The translations under genes and the position numbers were made by a program. The notes under the pieces were generated by a model, which was not told the origin of the DNA, searched no databases, and was given only the letters and a program-made list of their open reading frames with translations. From Ginglymostoma cirratum (lineage: Eukaryota), in assembly GCA_024137785.1 (NCBI GenBank), contig JAHRHZ010000248.1, forward strand, positions 65,953,274 to 66,017,273: a DNA stretch of 64,000 nucleotides, written 5' to 3'. Positions 25,699 to 39,719 of the stretch are shown here, one piece after another. The first letter of the stretch is position 1, and each line of letters opens with the position of its first letter.

Positions 25699-26785
25699 AG
25701 ACCAACGGGTGTTGAGCTGGATGAACACAGCAGGCCGAGCAGGAAAGCTGACGTTTCGGGCCTAGATCCTCCTTCAAAAATGGGGGAGGGGAACGGGGTT
25801 CTGAAATAGGGAGAGGGGGAGGAGGATAGAGGATGGATAGGTGGAGGGGAGGCAGACCGGTCAAAGAGGTGGGGATGGAGCCAGTAAAGGTGAGTGTAGG
25901 TGGGGAGGTCGGTCAGTCAAGGGAGGACGGACAGGTCAAGGGGTTAGGATGAGGTTAGTAGATAAGAGATGGGAGTGGGGCTTGAGGTGGGAGGAGGGGA
26001 TAGGTGAGAGGAAGGATGGGTTAGGGAGGCAGGGACGAGCTGGGCTGGTTTTGGGATGCAGTAGGTGGAGGGAGATTTTGAAGCTAGTGAAGTCCACATT
26101 GATACCATTGGGCTGGAGGGTTCCCAAGTGGGATATGAGTTGCTGTTCCTGCGACCTTCAGGTAGCATCAGTTGTGGCACTGCAGGAGGCCCAGGATGGA
26201 CATTCCATCTGTGGAATGGGAGGGGGAGTTGAAATGGTTCGTGTCTGGGAGGTGCAGTTGTTTAGTGCGAACCGAGCGTCGGTGTTCCTCAAAGCAGTCC
26301 CCAAGCCTCTGCTTGGTTTCCCTGATGTAAAGGAGGCCGCAACAGATACAGTATACCACATTAGCAGATGTGCAGGTGAACATCTGCTTGATGTGGAAAG
26401 TCTTCTTGGGGCCTGGGATGGGGGTGAGGTGTGGGGGCAGGTGTAGCACTTCCTGCGGTTGCAGGATGGGTGGTGTTGGGTGGTGTGGAGCGGACAAGGG
26501 ATTCACGGAGGGAGTGGTCCCTCTGGAAGGCAGATAAGGGTGGGGAGGGAAAAATGTCTTTGGTGGTGGGGTCTGACTGCAGATGGCAGAAGTGTCGGAG
26601 GATGATGCATTGGATCCGGAAGTTGGTGGGGTGGTACGTGAGGGTGAAGGGGATTCTGTTTTTGGTTTTTATTGCGAGGAGGGGGTGTGAGGGCTGAGCT
26701 GCGGGAAATGTGGGAGACACTTGAGGGCGTTCTCGACCACTGCGGGGGTGATGTTGCGGTCCTTGAAAAACGAGGACATCTGAGA
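25699..26785 (-). mobile_element. Penelope-like retroelement, 3' part (GIY-YIG and pLTR)
   Basis: ORF 26168-26506 reads FTCTSANVVYCICCGLLYIRETKQRLGDCFEEH and is colinear with 21510-22630 in the opposite orientation. Decayed hammerhead at ~25749-25776. Confidence 0.9.
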
Positions 26786-27639
26786 CAACAGGTGCAGGTT
26801 TGCAAGTTTTAATCTGGAAAATCTGTTCAATCACTAGGAAAAGTGCATTTGTTGTGTTGAGGTTAAGTGAAGTTGATACAGTTATGATACACATGGACTT
26901 CAAACAGATGTTTGAAGTGCCAAGTAACAGACTTGTCAAGTTAAGCACAAGGACTAAACAGTGGCAGCATGGATATGAAATTGGTTAAGTGACAGGAAAC
27001 ATCTTAATTTAGGGTTATCTTGCAGACTGAAAGAGCATTGAGTGGGATTCCCCAGGGATCAATACTAAAACCGGCTCTTTGATCCATACGACTGAGGTTT
27101 TGGTGCCATGGGTAGTTTTGCAAGTTACAGGTGCAACAACTTCCAAGTATTGTTAAGTGAAAGGATAATGACAACTTTGAGGTCATAAGCTTTTGGGATG
27201 GGTGGCAACATGGCAAACAAAGTTTGTTTTTTTTTACTGCAGCAAGTATGAATTGAAAGAGGTACTTGTCCAAACAGATTTGAACCAACTTAATACTTCA
27301 GTATTAACAACTGTTTTTAAAAAGTGAGAAACTCAGCAGGTCTAGTAGTTTTCAGTCCAGTGACTCTGATTATGATTGGGAATACAGGGGTTGAGATTGA
27401 ACCTGCACAGTCCACAAGGGAGGTAAGGAAGTGAGATGAGCTACCCTGTTCTTACAGAGAACCAGCATAAGGGCTAATGGCTTTTCTTAGTGGTGAAAAC
27501 AATATGAGCAATCTGATATATTTTATTGTTATTTTAAATTTGCTTAGTGATCACCATCGAAACACAGCAAATAAAGGGAGCCTGGCATTTATTACTAGTA
27601 GACGCATTGTATTATCTAGCACTTATGAAGAAATATAGA

Positions 27640-29500
27640 AAATGGCAGCTGAGTAGGCTACTAAGCACTTGGAGCTTATTTAATCAGATCATGGTTGATC
27701 ATCCAGTTCAACCTCCTGTGTCTGTTTACTCCTGAAGCATCTTGATAATTTTTGCACTAAGAACTCTATCTTCCTCCAAGCATTCAAATTTTTTGGCCTC
27801 AACGGCTCCGGCTCCACCCCCACCCCCACGCACAAAAACCCGCACCCAAAAAAAAGCTTTGGGTGAAGAAATTTCTTATGGCAGGCTTAAATTGCCTACT
27901 CCTTATCGTTAGACTGTGACTCTTAATTCTGGACTGCCTGGTTTCAGGGATATCTGTTCTGCATTTACCCTCTGGAGTCCAGTTAGAATGTTCTTAGTTT
28001 TGAGCAAATTCACTCCAAGCAAATGTCCTAATCAATCCTTTATTCCCATGAAGTAGTCTGGCAGATCTTTGTAGTCCCTCCATAGGCAAAACATCCTCTC
28101 AGATCAGACCAAAACTTCACAACGTACTCCCAGGTGTGGTCTCACCAGTGCCCTGTACAGTTATAGTAAGACCTCTCTGCTCCTGTACTGTAATCTGCTC
28201 ATTAGGAAGCATACATACCAGGCACTGAAGGCAGCAAATGGTGTACTGTACAAGAACTCCTAGGTGCTGTTGCCCATCTCCTTTCCCGGGTTTTTTATTC
28301 CTCTTGTGTTTTTATTAGCTTTCTGATGATAGGCCTTCCTACTCTGCTCCCAAAGTGGAAAACCATCACATTGTACTTCATTTGCCCACTCATTCACATT
28401 CATTAAATCATAATGAAGCATTTCTGTACCCTCTTCTCAATTCACCCTCTTAACCAGCTTTGCGTTGTCTGCAAAAAATGCAAACATTACATTTTGTTTC
28501 CACCTTTTAAATTGTAAACAGCTATTGTGAATAGCTGGTGTCCTAGTACCAAACTCAAGTCCCCAACTGGTCACTGCCTGCCCCACAGATGAAGAAGCGC
28601 CCCCAATCCCATGTGTTTTAATTTTACATTATCGAAAGCTCTCTGAAAGTCGAAATAAACGATTTCAAATGGCTGCCCTCACCAAATTCACCAGTTACAC
28701 CCTTGCAAATTTCCAGGTAGATGTGTTGAGCATGATTTCCCATTTGTAAATCTGTGGCTCTGATCATGTCAGTGTTTTCCAAGGACTGCTATTAATTTAT
28801 ACTAGTCTGGCATTTTTCCCTACCACTGATGTTAATCTGACCTGCCTGTAATTCCCTACTTGTACCTTTTTAAAACATGAAGGGATTACATTAACTACAC
28901 TCCAATCCAAAGGAGTTGTTGAGTCTATAGGATGCCGATAGATGACCACCAATGTGCCCACTTCTTGAAGAAATCTCGGATGCAGATTATTGGCCTTGAT
29001 AATCACATGTATTTCATCAACACCAATTTTTCTTCAGTCCTCCTCTTGCTTTACACCCCTGTGCTGCCAAAAATTGTTGGGATTTTTTGTCCGTACTTTT
29101 TTGTTGTGTTCTCACCAAAGATGTGATTATTTGGTCAGCTATTTCTTTGTTCCCCATGATAAATTCCACTTTTTTTGACTGTAAGGGGCCTACATTCGCC
29201 TTCAATCTTCTTTTTATTCCTCACACACCTAAAGCTTACCCTCCTCTACTTTTCCTCTTCTTTATTCAATCCCCTTGTCCTGATTTTGAAATCTAAATTG
29301 CTCCCAATCCTCTGCTCTAGCTGAAGAAAGCAGCAATTTGTCTACCCCTTTCTTGGATCTGAAATTTCCTTGGTTAGCCACAATGGTCACCTTTCCTATT
29401 TTTGTTTTTGGGTATTTATGCTCTTGTCCTCGCCTGTGGGAGACAATAGTGTTTCTGGAATATTATTTTTCCTACTGGGAACGAACTTTGTGTTTGCATC
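27640..29500 (-). mobile_element. Old CR1 ORF2 remnant
   Basis: Minus-strand DWSVVNVIP...GNYRQVRLTSVVGK (ORF 28797-29006) and a CR1 tail near 27650-27700. Confidence 0.7.
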
Positions 29501-32500
29501 AGTTACATCATTCCTCTAAAAGATAAATGATTTGGTGAGCCTTGTTGTGGAAGCACTGCTCACGAGCAAAGTCAAGTTGACTCTGAGGAATAGGTGAAAG
29601 GCATGTTACAGGCAGATAGTGATGAGTTAACACATGAGAAGGGGCTACCCCCTAATGTGTGAATGCCAGAGTTCTGTTTTAGTTTGTATCAGAAACAGAT
29701 CGTGAGCCAGGATGGATGGTTGGTTTGTTGAAGATATAATTCTGATTTGAGTTGCGTTGTAGTGACCCTGAAGAACAGGGTTTGTTTAACTATGTCTTGA
29801 TCATATTCATAAAACTCAGGTAAAAACTGTCTTCACAGGAGATTCCTGACTTATCCTGTATGAATCAAGACCAGTGTATTGTGCAACTGTCCAGGTATAT
29901 AGTACCACAATTCTACAGGGAGGAATAATGGATGCTGACCTATCTTTATCAAGGACTTGAAGTGTATTTTCCTTTTTAATTGTTTAACCAAAATCAATTT
30001 TTTACCAAGAATTCACTTTTAACAAGTACTTTGGTTGGGTCAGTTTGTTAATCCAATGCTTGAAGGGTTAATGGACCTTAAACACTGACTCTGCTTTCCC
30101 TCCACACTTGCTTCCAGACCTGCTGAGTTTCTCTAATTTGTTTTTGTTTTGGACTTCCAGCATCTACAGTTCACTTTGTTTATTACACTTGAAACAAATG
30201 ATTGGACAACATTTGGCTAAATCCTGTGTGGAAAGAATTTTGCTGAAAACCTCTTTAGAATGGTCACACTAACAGTATAGCTCCTGGTATCAAGCATACC
30301 ACACTAACATGCAGGGGCTATTATTTTGCAGTCAACATGACCTTGTTACAAGCAATATAGGTAGCAACCATTCATTTGGATTTGTTGAAGCAATGCCCTG
30401 ACCAGTCAATCTGCTTCCTTTTAAAATTCTAGATATAGCTTGGAGTTAAGTCAGTCAAGATTAACTACTGCATTCTCAAATGCAACATCTCTAACAATCC
30501 ATACTGCTCTCTTGAACAAAATGTTTATGTTGGTATTTCTTGGTTTTTTTTTTTCCTGTTCAGATATTTCATGATATCTTTTTATGTTTTGTAGAAATTA
30601 AATCATAATTCCACTCTTCGTATCAAGGAGTGATGGTCAGATTTGCCACTTAGTGGACAGAAGTTGAGTTCTGAGTTATTTGCTACCACTTCTGCCCAAG
30701 CAAATAAGGTGTGCAGGTCAAGCAGCTTTTGGATACAGATTGCTTTTATAATTTGAGACTAAAGTGGTGCTTAATGTTGTGAACTCAGAAGCAAATGTCA
30801 CCACTTCTGAATTTTTTATGGCCTTGGGCCTTGGCTTATGACCTTAAGTAACATCTTGCAGAGATGCCTGGCAGATGGTATGATTTACCTCCACGCAACA
30901 ACTATCGTCGTTTTGGGCCAAGTATCGCTCCAAACAATTTCCCCCGATTCACGTTGATTGCAACTCTTTGTTTGTTCAAGCTCCTTGATGCTTCCACTCT
31001 TCCCTAATGTTTGGACCAAGGCTGTAACAAAGTCAGGAGGGTTGTGAGATTGAGAGAACCCAAATTGAGTGTCGTGTGGTTGTTCATTTTGTAGTACTGT
31101 ACAAAATACTGCTGTATTTTGTGCCACTTTGTAGTACTGTCCTAAATACCTTCAGTCTATTCTTGACCAGCCAACAGGTGCAAGGTGACTGGCAAGTTGA
31201 ATTTCCCCTATCCGTTTATAGACAGTGCATCGTTGCACGGGTTTGTGATGTCCAAGGTAATCTGGGCTGCATCCTTGGGTGTTGGGTGCACTGCACATAC
31301 AGTTGTTCTTGTCTCTAAATTTAGGCAAAATTCACATAGACTTTCAAAAATGACTGACCTTCAAGTAAAATATCTTGATTTATTAAAGGTGTTCCAAATA
31401 TACAGGTTTAATTCCTTAATTAGAAGATATGGGTAGTGGTAACTGGTTGCCTAACTGAACATTAACTTTGCAAGTAAGGCAACCCAACAGCCTGAATGAG
31501 AGATTTGGTGTTTGAAAGAGTGAATTAGTAAAATCTCACCAACACAGTATTGGCAGTGTGCTCAGCTGAGATTTTGCTGGATGGATCAAGTATGTGGATT
31601 GTTGTCAACCAATTTGACTTCTAAACGGCTTCATTTCCCTTTTTGTTTTGCAAAGTTTCCTTTCTTCAGTTGTCTATCTTCTTAACTGTTCATCTTTGCA
31701 AATGAATTTCAGAAAAGGAATGTATTCTGTTTTTGCCTTTTTTTTTCAATTTCTAAAAGTGAAAATCGCAAGCATGGGAGTTTTTCCTGTTGTGCAAAAA
31801 GGCAGTGACTTGGGACTTGAATGGCACAAACAAACGCAGCCAAATTTGTATACAATGAGACTTTTGTTTTAAGTATTTTTGGTCTCCACCTTAGGATAGG
31901 AAGAGGAAAAGCAGAGGTTAGGAACATCAAGTTGGAGAATGAATGATTTTGTTTTTGATTACTTGGACTAGGAGTAGAATTGGTACCTTGAAAGCACATT
32001 AGTTTCCCTTGTGAGTTTATTTTCTAAGTGGGCATTGAAACTAAATTCCTAAGATTATGTAGCTCAACTTTATGATCATAGATTGGGTATCCTATTTAGT
32101 AAAATTATTAAATCATACTGAGTATTGCTTGTGTTGATGGATGATCAGATTTTTGAAGTGCTGTACACTTTCAGATGACCATGTGATGCCGACCACTGCC
32201 AACATCTAGGTTAGATTGTGCTTCCTGTCCTCATTTCCTGACTGAGGTAACATGGCCTACTTGACTAAATGATAGTGGGAAAACCACTAGGTGTTCCAAT
32301 GAGAATTGTTCAACTAAGTGTGGTTTATTGCATGATTGTAACTTTGAATTGATTTGGTTTATTAAGATGGACATTGCCTTTGAGGAATCCTTCATCTTGT
32401 CTGTTTTCCTGTCAATCAGGTGTTCTGCTTTCCCCACACAAGTCCTCAGACGTCCGATTTGGTGAATCTTAATGCAATCTTCAGTATTAGATCTTCCAGC

Positions 32501-32529
32501 GACATTAGCTTATCTTACCTTCACCTAAT

Positions 32530-32880
32530 CTCAGAACTGATCTGATTGAAGTCTTCAAGATAACAACAGCAAAAAGGATAGATAAATGATTTCCACTGGT
32601 TGGGAATTCTGGAATTGGTGGGGGGGGCATAGTGTGACGATTAGGGCTAGGCCATTCGGAGATGTTAGGAAGCACTTCTACACGAAAGGTGATGGAGGTT
32701 GGGAACCTTTCCACAAAAGGCAATGGATGTTGGATCAGCTAATTTAAAATCAGTTGTCTTTTAAATTAAGCAAGGCTATCAAGGGATATTAATCAAAGGC
32801 AAGTATATGGAATTAGGTTACTGGTCGGTCATGATCTTTGTTGAACGATGCTACAGGCTTGAGTTGACGGCTTACTCTTC
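32530..32880 (+). mobile_element. Old CR1 3' end
   Basis: GATCTGATTGAAGTCTTCAAGAT and GGGCATAGT...AGGAAGCACTTCTACAC motifs. Confidence 0.6.
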
Positions 32881-33294
32881 CTCGAACAGAAGGTGGCTAC
32901 CTGGTGCACTGACTCCATGACTTCCATGCGTACGTCCCCTGATTTGATCCTGTAATCCAACAAAATTTATTTCTTTCAGCTGCCCATCCAATTTCCATCG
33001 GAAAATACTTTCGTCTTCCGCTGTCTTTGGGCAGCAAGTTCAAAGCGAGAAAAATTTCTTGTTTTTTCTTTATATTTTTTAAGAGGCTATATCCCTAGTC
33101 TCACAGTAGGAACTGCCGCTGCTAGAGAATCTGAGATGACAAGGTGTAGAGCTGGATGAACACAGCAGGCCAAGCAGCATCTACATTCCTAGTCATCCCT
33201 CTGCATGTTTTGCCTGAGATTTTAAAAACTCACTGGCCCAGCCATCTCTTTGAACAATGACTGGTCATCCAGCCTAAGGTCAGAAGTGTGAATC

Positions 33295-33510
33295 AAAAAC
33301 AAATTGCTGGAAAAGCTCAGCAGGCCTAGCAGCAGTTGTGGAGAGAAAGTGGAGTTCATGTTTTGGGTCAAGTGACTCTTCCTCAGAATTGGGGACTGGT
33401 GTTCTGAGGAAGGGTCACTCAGTTTGAAACATCAGCTCTGATTTCTTTCCACCTGCTGAGCTTTTCCAGCGATTTTTGATTTCCAGTATCGGCAGTTCTT
33501 TGTTTTTGTG
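33295..33510. mobile_element. Fold-back PLE-derived element (family 2) with two opposed hammerhead-like cores
   Basis: 33306-33324 is the exact reverse complement of 33452-33470. 33371-33388 pairs with 33402-33419 with 1 mismatch. Contains CTGAGGAAGGGTCAC...GAAACATC. Confidence 0.75.
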
Positions 33511-35377
33511 TAGTGAACATGCACGTTTCTGAATAATCAGCACCATTTGACTACTTGGATACTAAAGCAGTCCATGTCCACGTGTGCTAAATTACACTCT
33601 CCATCCTGATGTGGAACTATATTACCATTTCTCCACTGCTAGATCAAAATACTGGAACTGACTTCCTCACGACTGGGTATTACTGCATGCTAACACCTGC
33701 AGTAGTTGAACGTATCTCAAATCCACCTCAACAGCAGTTGGGGAAAGGATAGTGCTGATCCAGTTGGTGACACCCATGTTCCATGAAGGAACGTTGTTTT
33801 TTGTTGCTGGTCCTCTTGCCATCAGCTAATGGTGACAAGATTCCTTGTTTGCTTAATTTAAAACCCGTCATGTACATGTCTATCATGTGTCCCCTCAACT
33901 TTTCCGAACTTTTTGCAGTTATTTTCCACACCCCTGGAGCTGCTCTATTAAAGGTACTCTGCAGCTCATTTCCCTGCTCCCAAAAAGGGGCCTCAAATTC
34001 CTGATCTGAGGTGAGTATGACTGGAAACACTATTCTATTTGTGGTCTTGCTACCGTAATGGTGGAGATAGAAAAGTTGACTTGGTTTGGCTGCCTACTTC
34101 TGTATTCATAACAGGGTAAAATTAATCCCTTCAAAAACAGTCTAGTTACTCTAGTGGTTTGATCCCAGCTGTTGGGAATGACTGATCCCAGCCACTGATT
34201 TTTGATCCTTTCAACAATAAACTTAATGTTGTGTTAAACATTAGCAGAGCCAGTTTAAATGAAGTAATCTAATTAATGTCTATGCTTTTAAACCCATCCA
34301 CACAAAGCAGACAAACACCTCTAAGGGATAGATAAAAGAAAATAACAAAACTAGCCAGCCTACTTGAATGTTTTTTTGGTGATGCTTTGTTTCACGTAGT
34401 TGTAGAATCCTCAATAGTTCTGCCGAAGCATTGAACAAGGTCACTTTCAGTTTACTCGGATACAAGTAGTAATACTTCTAACTCTGTCTACTGTCTGGTC
34501 CTCCAGAAGCTGGTGTGGGAAAAGAGGCAGGGAGCTTTCAACTTACTGTCTGCATCGCCAGCCAAGCTCCACTCTTTCACAAAAAAAGTTCAAAATAAAC
34601 AGCTTCAACTCTGGTCCTGTCTCTGAGAGATGGAATAAAAATAATGAAAAATCAGCAAGGGTTCTAATACTATGGAACTTTGGAGTTTAGCATCACTTCT
34701 GTTTGTAAATCCCATTTTTCACTCTTGTGATATATCCTTTAACCTTGCAATGATGCGTTAATTCCAGTTCCTTTGTTTGTACAGGTACATGTAACTATGC
34801 CTTTTAAGTCTGTTGCGTCACTGTATTCCTTTGAACAAAGTGCAACAAATCACTACTTCTGCACAAAGTTCCTTGCCACTTGTTGGCTTGTTCTACCAGC
34901 CTGTCATTTTGGAAACAAATGTAATCCTCAGTCTTCACCCCTTATGTTTGATGTCATCTGCTGTAAGCTTTAAGTTGTCTATATTGCAAATCACTTGGAC
35001 GGAAAAAATGAGCTGAGCAATGCCATCTACTTTTGTTTTATTTTTAAACTGTTTGAGTCCTGCTGGCTTCTGGAGTAAGCCCTCTTTTTATTATCCAATT
35101 GGACAGTTTCTTTTGTCCAATGGCCCTCAAATTTTTCAGCAGCCTTTGTACTTTGCCAAAAATGCTTTCATATGGAGATAACAATCTGTAGCTTCCCTTC
35201 AAGTTTGAAGAAAGTGTTCAGGTAAAAATATCTAAATTAGATTTATCAAATGTGATGTTTGTTTCTTCTACAAATCCAATGCTTGTTCTTCAACTTCAAG
35301 TTCCTGATTCATCTGATTATTTTTAAAAAAAAAACCTCATTCGCTGGAAGCTTAACTGTTGGAGCAAATTGCTACCA

Positions 35378-35562
35378 ATGCTGGAATCTACTGAAGAAAA
35401 CATGCTGGCAATCAAACTTGGTCAGGCAGCATGGTGGAGAGAAAGCAATTTAATGTTTTGAGTTTAGATGACTCTTCAGAGCTGTGAAGAAGTCATCTAA
35501 ACTTTGTTAGCCTGCTCTCCCTCCATGGATGCTGCCTGACCCATTGGTCTCCGGCATTTCTT
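35378..35562. mobile_element. Fold-back PLE-derived element, further variant
   Basis: GGTCAGGCAGCAT pairs with ATGCTGCCTGACC. Central GTTTAGATGACTCTTCA pairs imperfectly with TGAAGAAGTCATCTAAAC. Confidence 0.65.
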
Positions 35563-35794
35563 AGAATGGTTAGAACTGTTCTCATTTCGTAACTGTAAGA
35601 AGGTAGCAAATTGTTCAATTTGATTTTTGATCAATTGATCAATTTTTCAACATTAGATGTACATAGTTTTTCTTTGTAGTGGTAATGGACTATAAATTAA
35701 CCCTTGTTCAATTATTGGTTTCTGAGGATACCCTTGACATTTTAGGGTGGGGAAACTGGCTTTTGAGATTGCAAGGTTAGCAGGGTTTGCAATC

Positions 35795-35910
35795 ATGCTT
35801 GACGTTTCAGGCCTAGACCCTTCATCAGAAATGCTTGGCCTGCTGTGTTCATCCAGCTCCACACCTTGTTATCTCGGATTCTCCAGCGTGTGCAGTACCT
35901 ATTTTCTCTA
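35795..35910. mobile_element. PLE pLTR insertion with inverted 5' segment
   Basis: 35801-35828 is the hammerhead segment on -, joined to the downstream pLTR part on + (GCTTGGCCTGCTGTGTTCATCCAGC...). Confidence 0.8.
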
Positions 35911-37094
35911 ACCTTGCAATCTACTTGTGGCCTCCAACTTGAGCACAAATATTATAATTAGAATTGAGGTGTACAGATCTTTGTCTAAATATTTCACTTC
36001 TGCATCTTGGCAGAAACATTCTTGTTTAATATGATCATTGTGGAAAGGTGTTGTTCCTGGTCCCTGGTTTATTTAGCTTTGAGTGGAAAATTTGGCTTGA
36101 GATTTGAGATGGAATTTAGTACCAGGATGAATGAGAATTAAATAATGACTAACATAGTAAGGGCATGGGCAAAGGCACGATGGCAGTAATCATGCTAATG
36201 CAATTTTTAACTTGTGAAATTTCAAGGACTTTGGTTTTGTATTTTGCTTAGGAAGTGATCCTTGAGATGGAATCTGTGTGCCATAAAAGTTTATTAGCCT
36301 TGGAGCCCAGCTACCAAATCTTCAAATGCTTAGTTTGAGGAAACAGCAAAGGGTGAGTGGTAGTTGAGGGGGTGGGATGTAAAGAGAAGTTGAAACAGTG
36401 TTGAGGACTGAAGGAGTTTTGGTGAAGATCAGTGAATAGTACTAAAGGAGTGGTGAAAATTATCAGTTTAGCTCAGGGTCCTAAATGATTTTCTTTTAAT
36501 GGTGATAAGTGAGTAAACAATAAACCTGAATGAAGCAATGACATGATGAAATGCTGAAAAGAGCAATTTCCCTTTAATGGAGGAAATATTGCTGAGCATG
36601 AAAGTGTTTTCAGTGTCCTGATATTGATTTCTTTTTTTTTTAAAGCACTTCGATAATGGATGGTGATTTTCTTTAACTCAAGAGATTGATAAATTTTCTA
36701 CCTTTTGAGAGGCACAAGTACAGGGGAATAAAAGGCAGAATGGTTTCTGGGTCTTAGTGTGCAGTTGCAGTATCTCTTATCAGAAGGACTGGGTTCAAGC
36801 CAATTTGTTTGAGGTGTGTCAGAACATGACTGAGCAGTTTGATTGCTATTCTGCCTTTGGATATTTCAGCATGAGGTGGACTATGGGAAATTTTACATAA
36901 ATTAGTGCTGAGAATTACTGGTGAAATGACGATGGAAGTCAGTTTGGAATGTCTCTGGTTATGTCTTGTGCTATACACTTTGGATGATTTGAATGTTTGT
37001 TTGACTGCACAAGTTGTCACTTCATTGTACGGAACTTGATTGTTGCAGAAGCTTTTTGTCTGGCACTTAACAGAACAAAGGCAAAAGCAGTCAA

Positions 37095-37990
37095 GTCTAG
37101 GGTGCAGAAGAAGACCCTTCAGCCCATAGACTCTGGTCAAAAACAAGCATCTAGCTCTTATAATGCTATTTTCCAGCATTTGGCCCATGGACTTCTAAGC
37201 TATAGCATTGCAAATGCACATCTAAACTAAATGGTTTAAGGGTTTTATTTCTGCATCTTACCACCCTTTTGCAGGCAGAGAGTTCAGATCCCCACTACCT
37301 GGGTAGGAAAATTCCTGTTCACATCCCCTGCCCCTTAGTTTTGAAGCTATGTCCCCCTGGTTATTAATCCTTCCAAAAAGTGGGAAAGGTTCTTCCTGTC
37401 TACCCTGTCTGACCCACTGATTCAATGTTAATACATCCACATCTCTTCTCTTCCTCCTTTTCCTTACAGCAGAAGAAATTAATTCTAGTCTGTCCAATTC
37501 CCCTGCCACCACCTCCCCACAGGCAACATTCTGGTAAATCTGTTCTGCATCCTCTTTGCTGTAATTTCATCCCTCTTTATAATATGGCTTCCAGAACTGC
37601 GCACAGTATTGTTGTTGTGGCCTAACCAACATTTTATACAGCTTGAACATGACCTCCTTGCTCTTGAACACAGTTTCAAAGTGCCACCTTAACCACTATA
37701 TCTATCTGTCCTGCAACTTTGAGATCAGTGGACGAACGCTAATGTCCCTCTGATCCTCGGTGTTTTCCAGGGTCTTATCATGTACTCCCCTGCTTGTTTG
37801 TCCAGCCCAAGAGTATCACCTCAATTATCTGGACTGAATTCTATTTGCCACTGACGTGGGCCAGTTGAGTAGCCTGTAAACTAAGGCTACCCTCCTGAAT
37901 GTTTACCATCCCACTAGTTTTCATTTTGATCTGGAAATCCATTTTGTGTTATCACAAACAGCATGGGCCCAGCACTGATCTGTATGACAT
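37095..37990 (-). mobile_element. Old CR1 RT-to-tail remnant
   Basis: Minus-strand KRMQNRFTRMLP (ORF 37485-37679) and tail GAAGACCCTTCAGCCCAT on +. Confidence 0.65.
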
Positions 37991-39228
37991 GGCTGTAACA
38001 ATGTTGTAAATGATACCTCCCCTCATTTTTGAGAACTTTTTTTGAGGTGTTAATTTAATGACAATCACTTTTGTTAAATGTGGACAGTTTGCAAGCATAA
38101 TTTTTTTCTAATCATCTCAATATTCTACCAAATTTTAGCCATTGGGAGTATTTAGTCATCAACTTTTATAATAAATTGCAGCTGATCTAAAATTAGAGTA
38201 CAAAGCAGTTGTTTGTCGCCACTTGGTTTGAATTTGAGTGGTAGAATTTCAGTTAAGTGAATTGAGTACAGATGCAAAAGTTGGCTTGATCACAGTTGCT
38301 GTTTAAATTTTCATGTACCCAATTTTTTTGAAGGGAATATTGCTTGTTAAACAAGATTCAAGCAGTCCTCTTAGGGTATTCAACAATACTCTTCTCTGTA
38401 TACCTTGATTTTGATGAGTTGGGTCTCTGGACTGGGTGTAGTTTCAAGTGAGTGTTTAAGGACTGCTACAGACGATATACCAAGTCATTTGGAGCAGAGA
38501 TTACAGCCAGCCAACCAGCTCATCTGAGGGTGCAATTGCTTTTCTCTGAACACTCCTGCTTTTCTGATTTTTTTTTTTTTTAAACAATTGCATGTCCTAA
38601 TTTTGTAGTCATCAGTTGATACATGTGATCCAATATACATGATCACAAAATAGGCCTTTTGTTAACAAGTATTAACTCTAGCCTGATCTGCCTTCAACCA
38701 GACTTGTGCAATACCATATATTTATAACCAAGCAGGTCCCTTAATGCCACGTACACGTTACTGTCGGCTGTTCTAGTATCTGCTCATTTTTAGGGAGTGT
38801 TCCAATGGCATCTGCTGTTGGAATAGTAAATGGTCTGATGTTTTGGTTTGGTGGTCCCCTGGAACTGATGGTTATTCTGTAATCTGAACAGGTAGTGAGA
38901 TTACATCTTGCTGATGGGTGTTCTGGATGCAAACCATTTCTCCTCCACGTGAAGTTTGGTTGTGTGTGATGTGAGCTGAGTTTTACAAGAGCTTTGAGCA
39001 TTTGCAGATCCGTTGTCTAAAGCTGAGCTCTTGCAATGACTTGATGGTTTTATCCAAGTTTTTTTTTTCTTCTTGTTTGTTTGTCACCTTTTTTATGCTT
39101 GTTTAAATCTTGCTTGGGTAGCTTTTTCTTAATATTGGAAGAGTAGTTTGGATGCATTGTGACATGATTCTTCAGACTAGAATCCTTGCATTAAGTTGGT
39201 ACAGTTTTCCATTCGAGGTTTTTATAAG

Positions 39229-39372
39229 GACCAAAAACAGTTGCTGGAAAAGCTCAGCAGGTCAGGCAGCATCTGTGCAGGAGAAAAGAGTTAATGTTTT
39301 GGGTCCGGTGACCCTTCCTCAGAACTTTGTTCTTGATTTACAGCATCTGCAGTTCTTTTGGTTTTTATTTAG
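39229..39372 (-). mobile_element. PLE-derived short element (family 2) with decayed hammerhead core
   Basis: Minus strand of 39288-39326 reads AGTT-CTGAGGA-A-GGGTC(ACCG)GACCC-AAAACATT-AACT, i.e. GAAACGTT with two CpG-type transitions. Confidence 0.7.
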
Positions 39373-39719
39373 ATTTTATAAATCTGGACTTGCTCAAATA
39401 TTTTGTGATCCCTTCAGCAATTTTCATTGTGGCCTCAGCTTTTACAGTGGGGGAATAGTGTGGAGATGGAATGCTGAATTTCTCAAAGTTGTGAATTGAG
39501 GACCAAGATCATTCTAACTGGAATACCATTTCTGAAGTGTGCTTTCAGGCTGTAATAGATATTTTTAAACTGTTGGGGATCTTTATTGAACACCACCTGA
39601 AGCAGGTGTGACTTCAGAAGGCAAACTGACCAGAAGCTTGAAGGAAGCAAACTCAGTGGGAATGAAGAATTGATGGTAATGATCTTTGTTACAAACAAAA
39701 TTCTAGGGGGGTGGGTGTG

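Noticed and set aside
25841-26948. ORFs of 201 and 195 aa
   Set aside because: Antisense or chimeric frames over the decayed PLE. Not independent genes.
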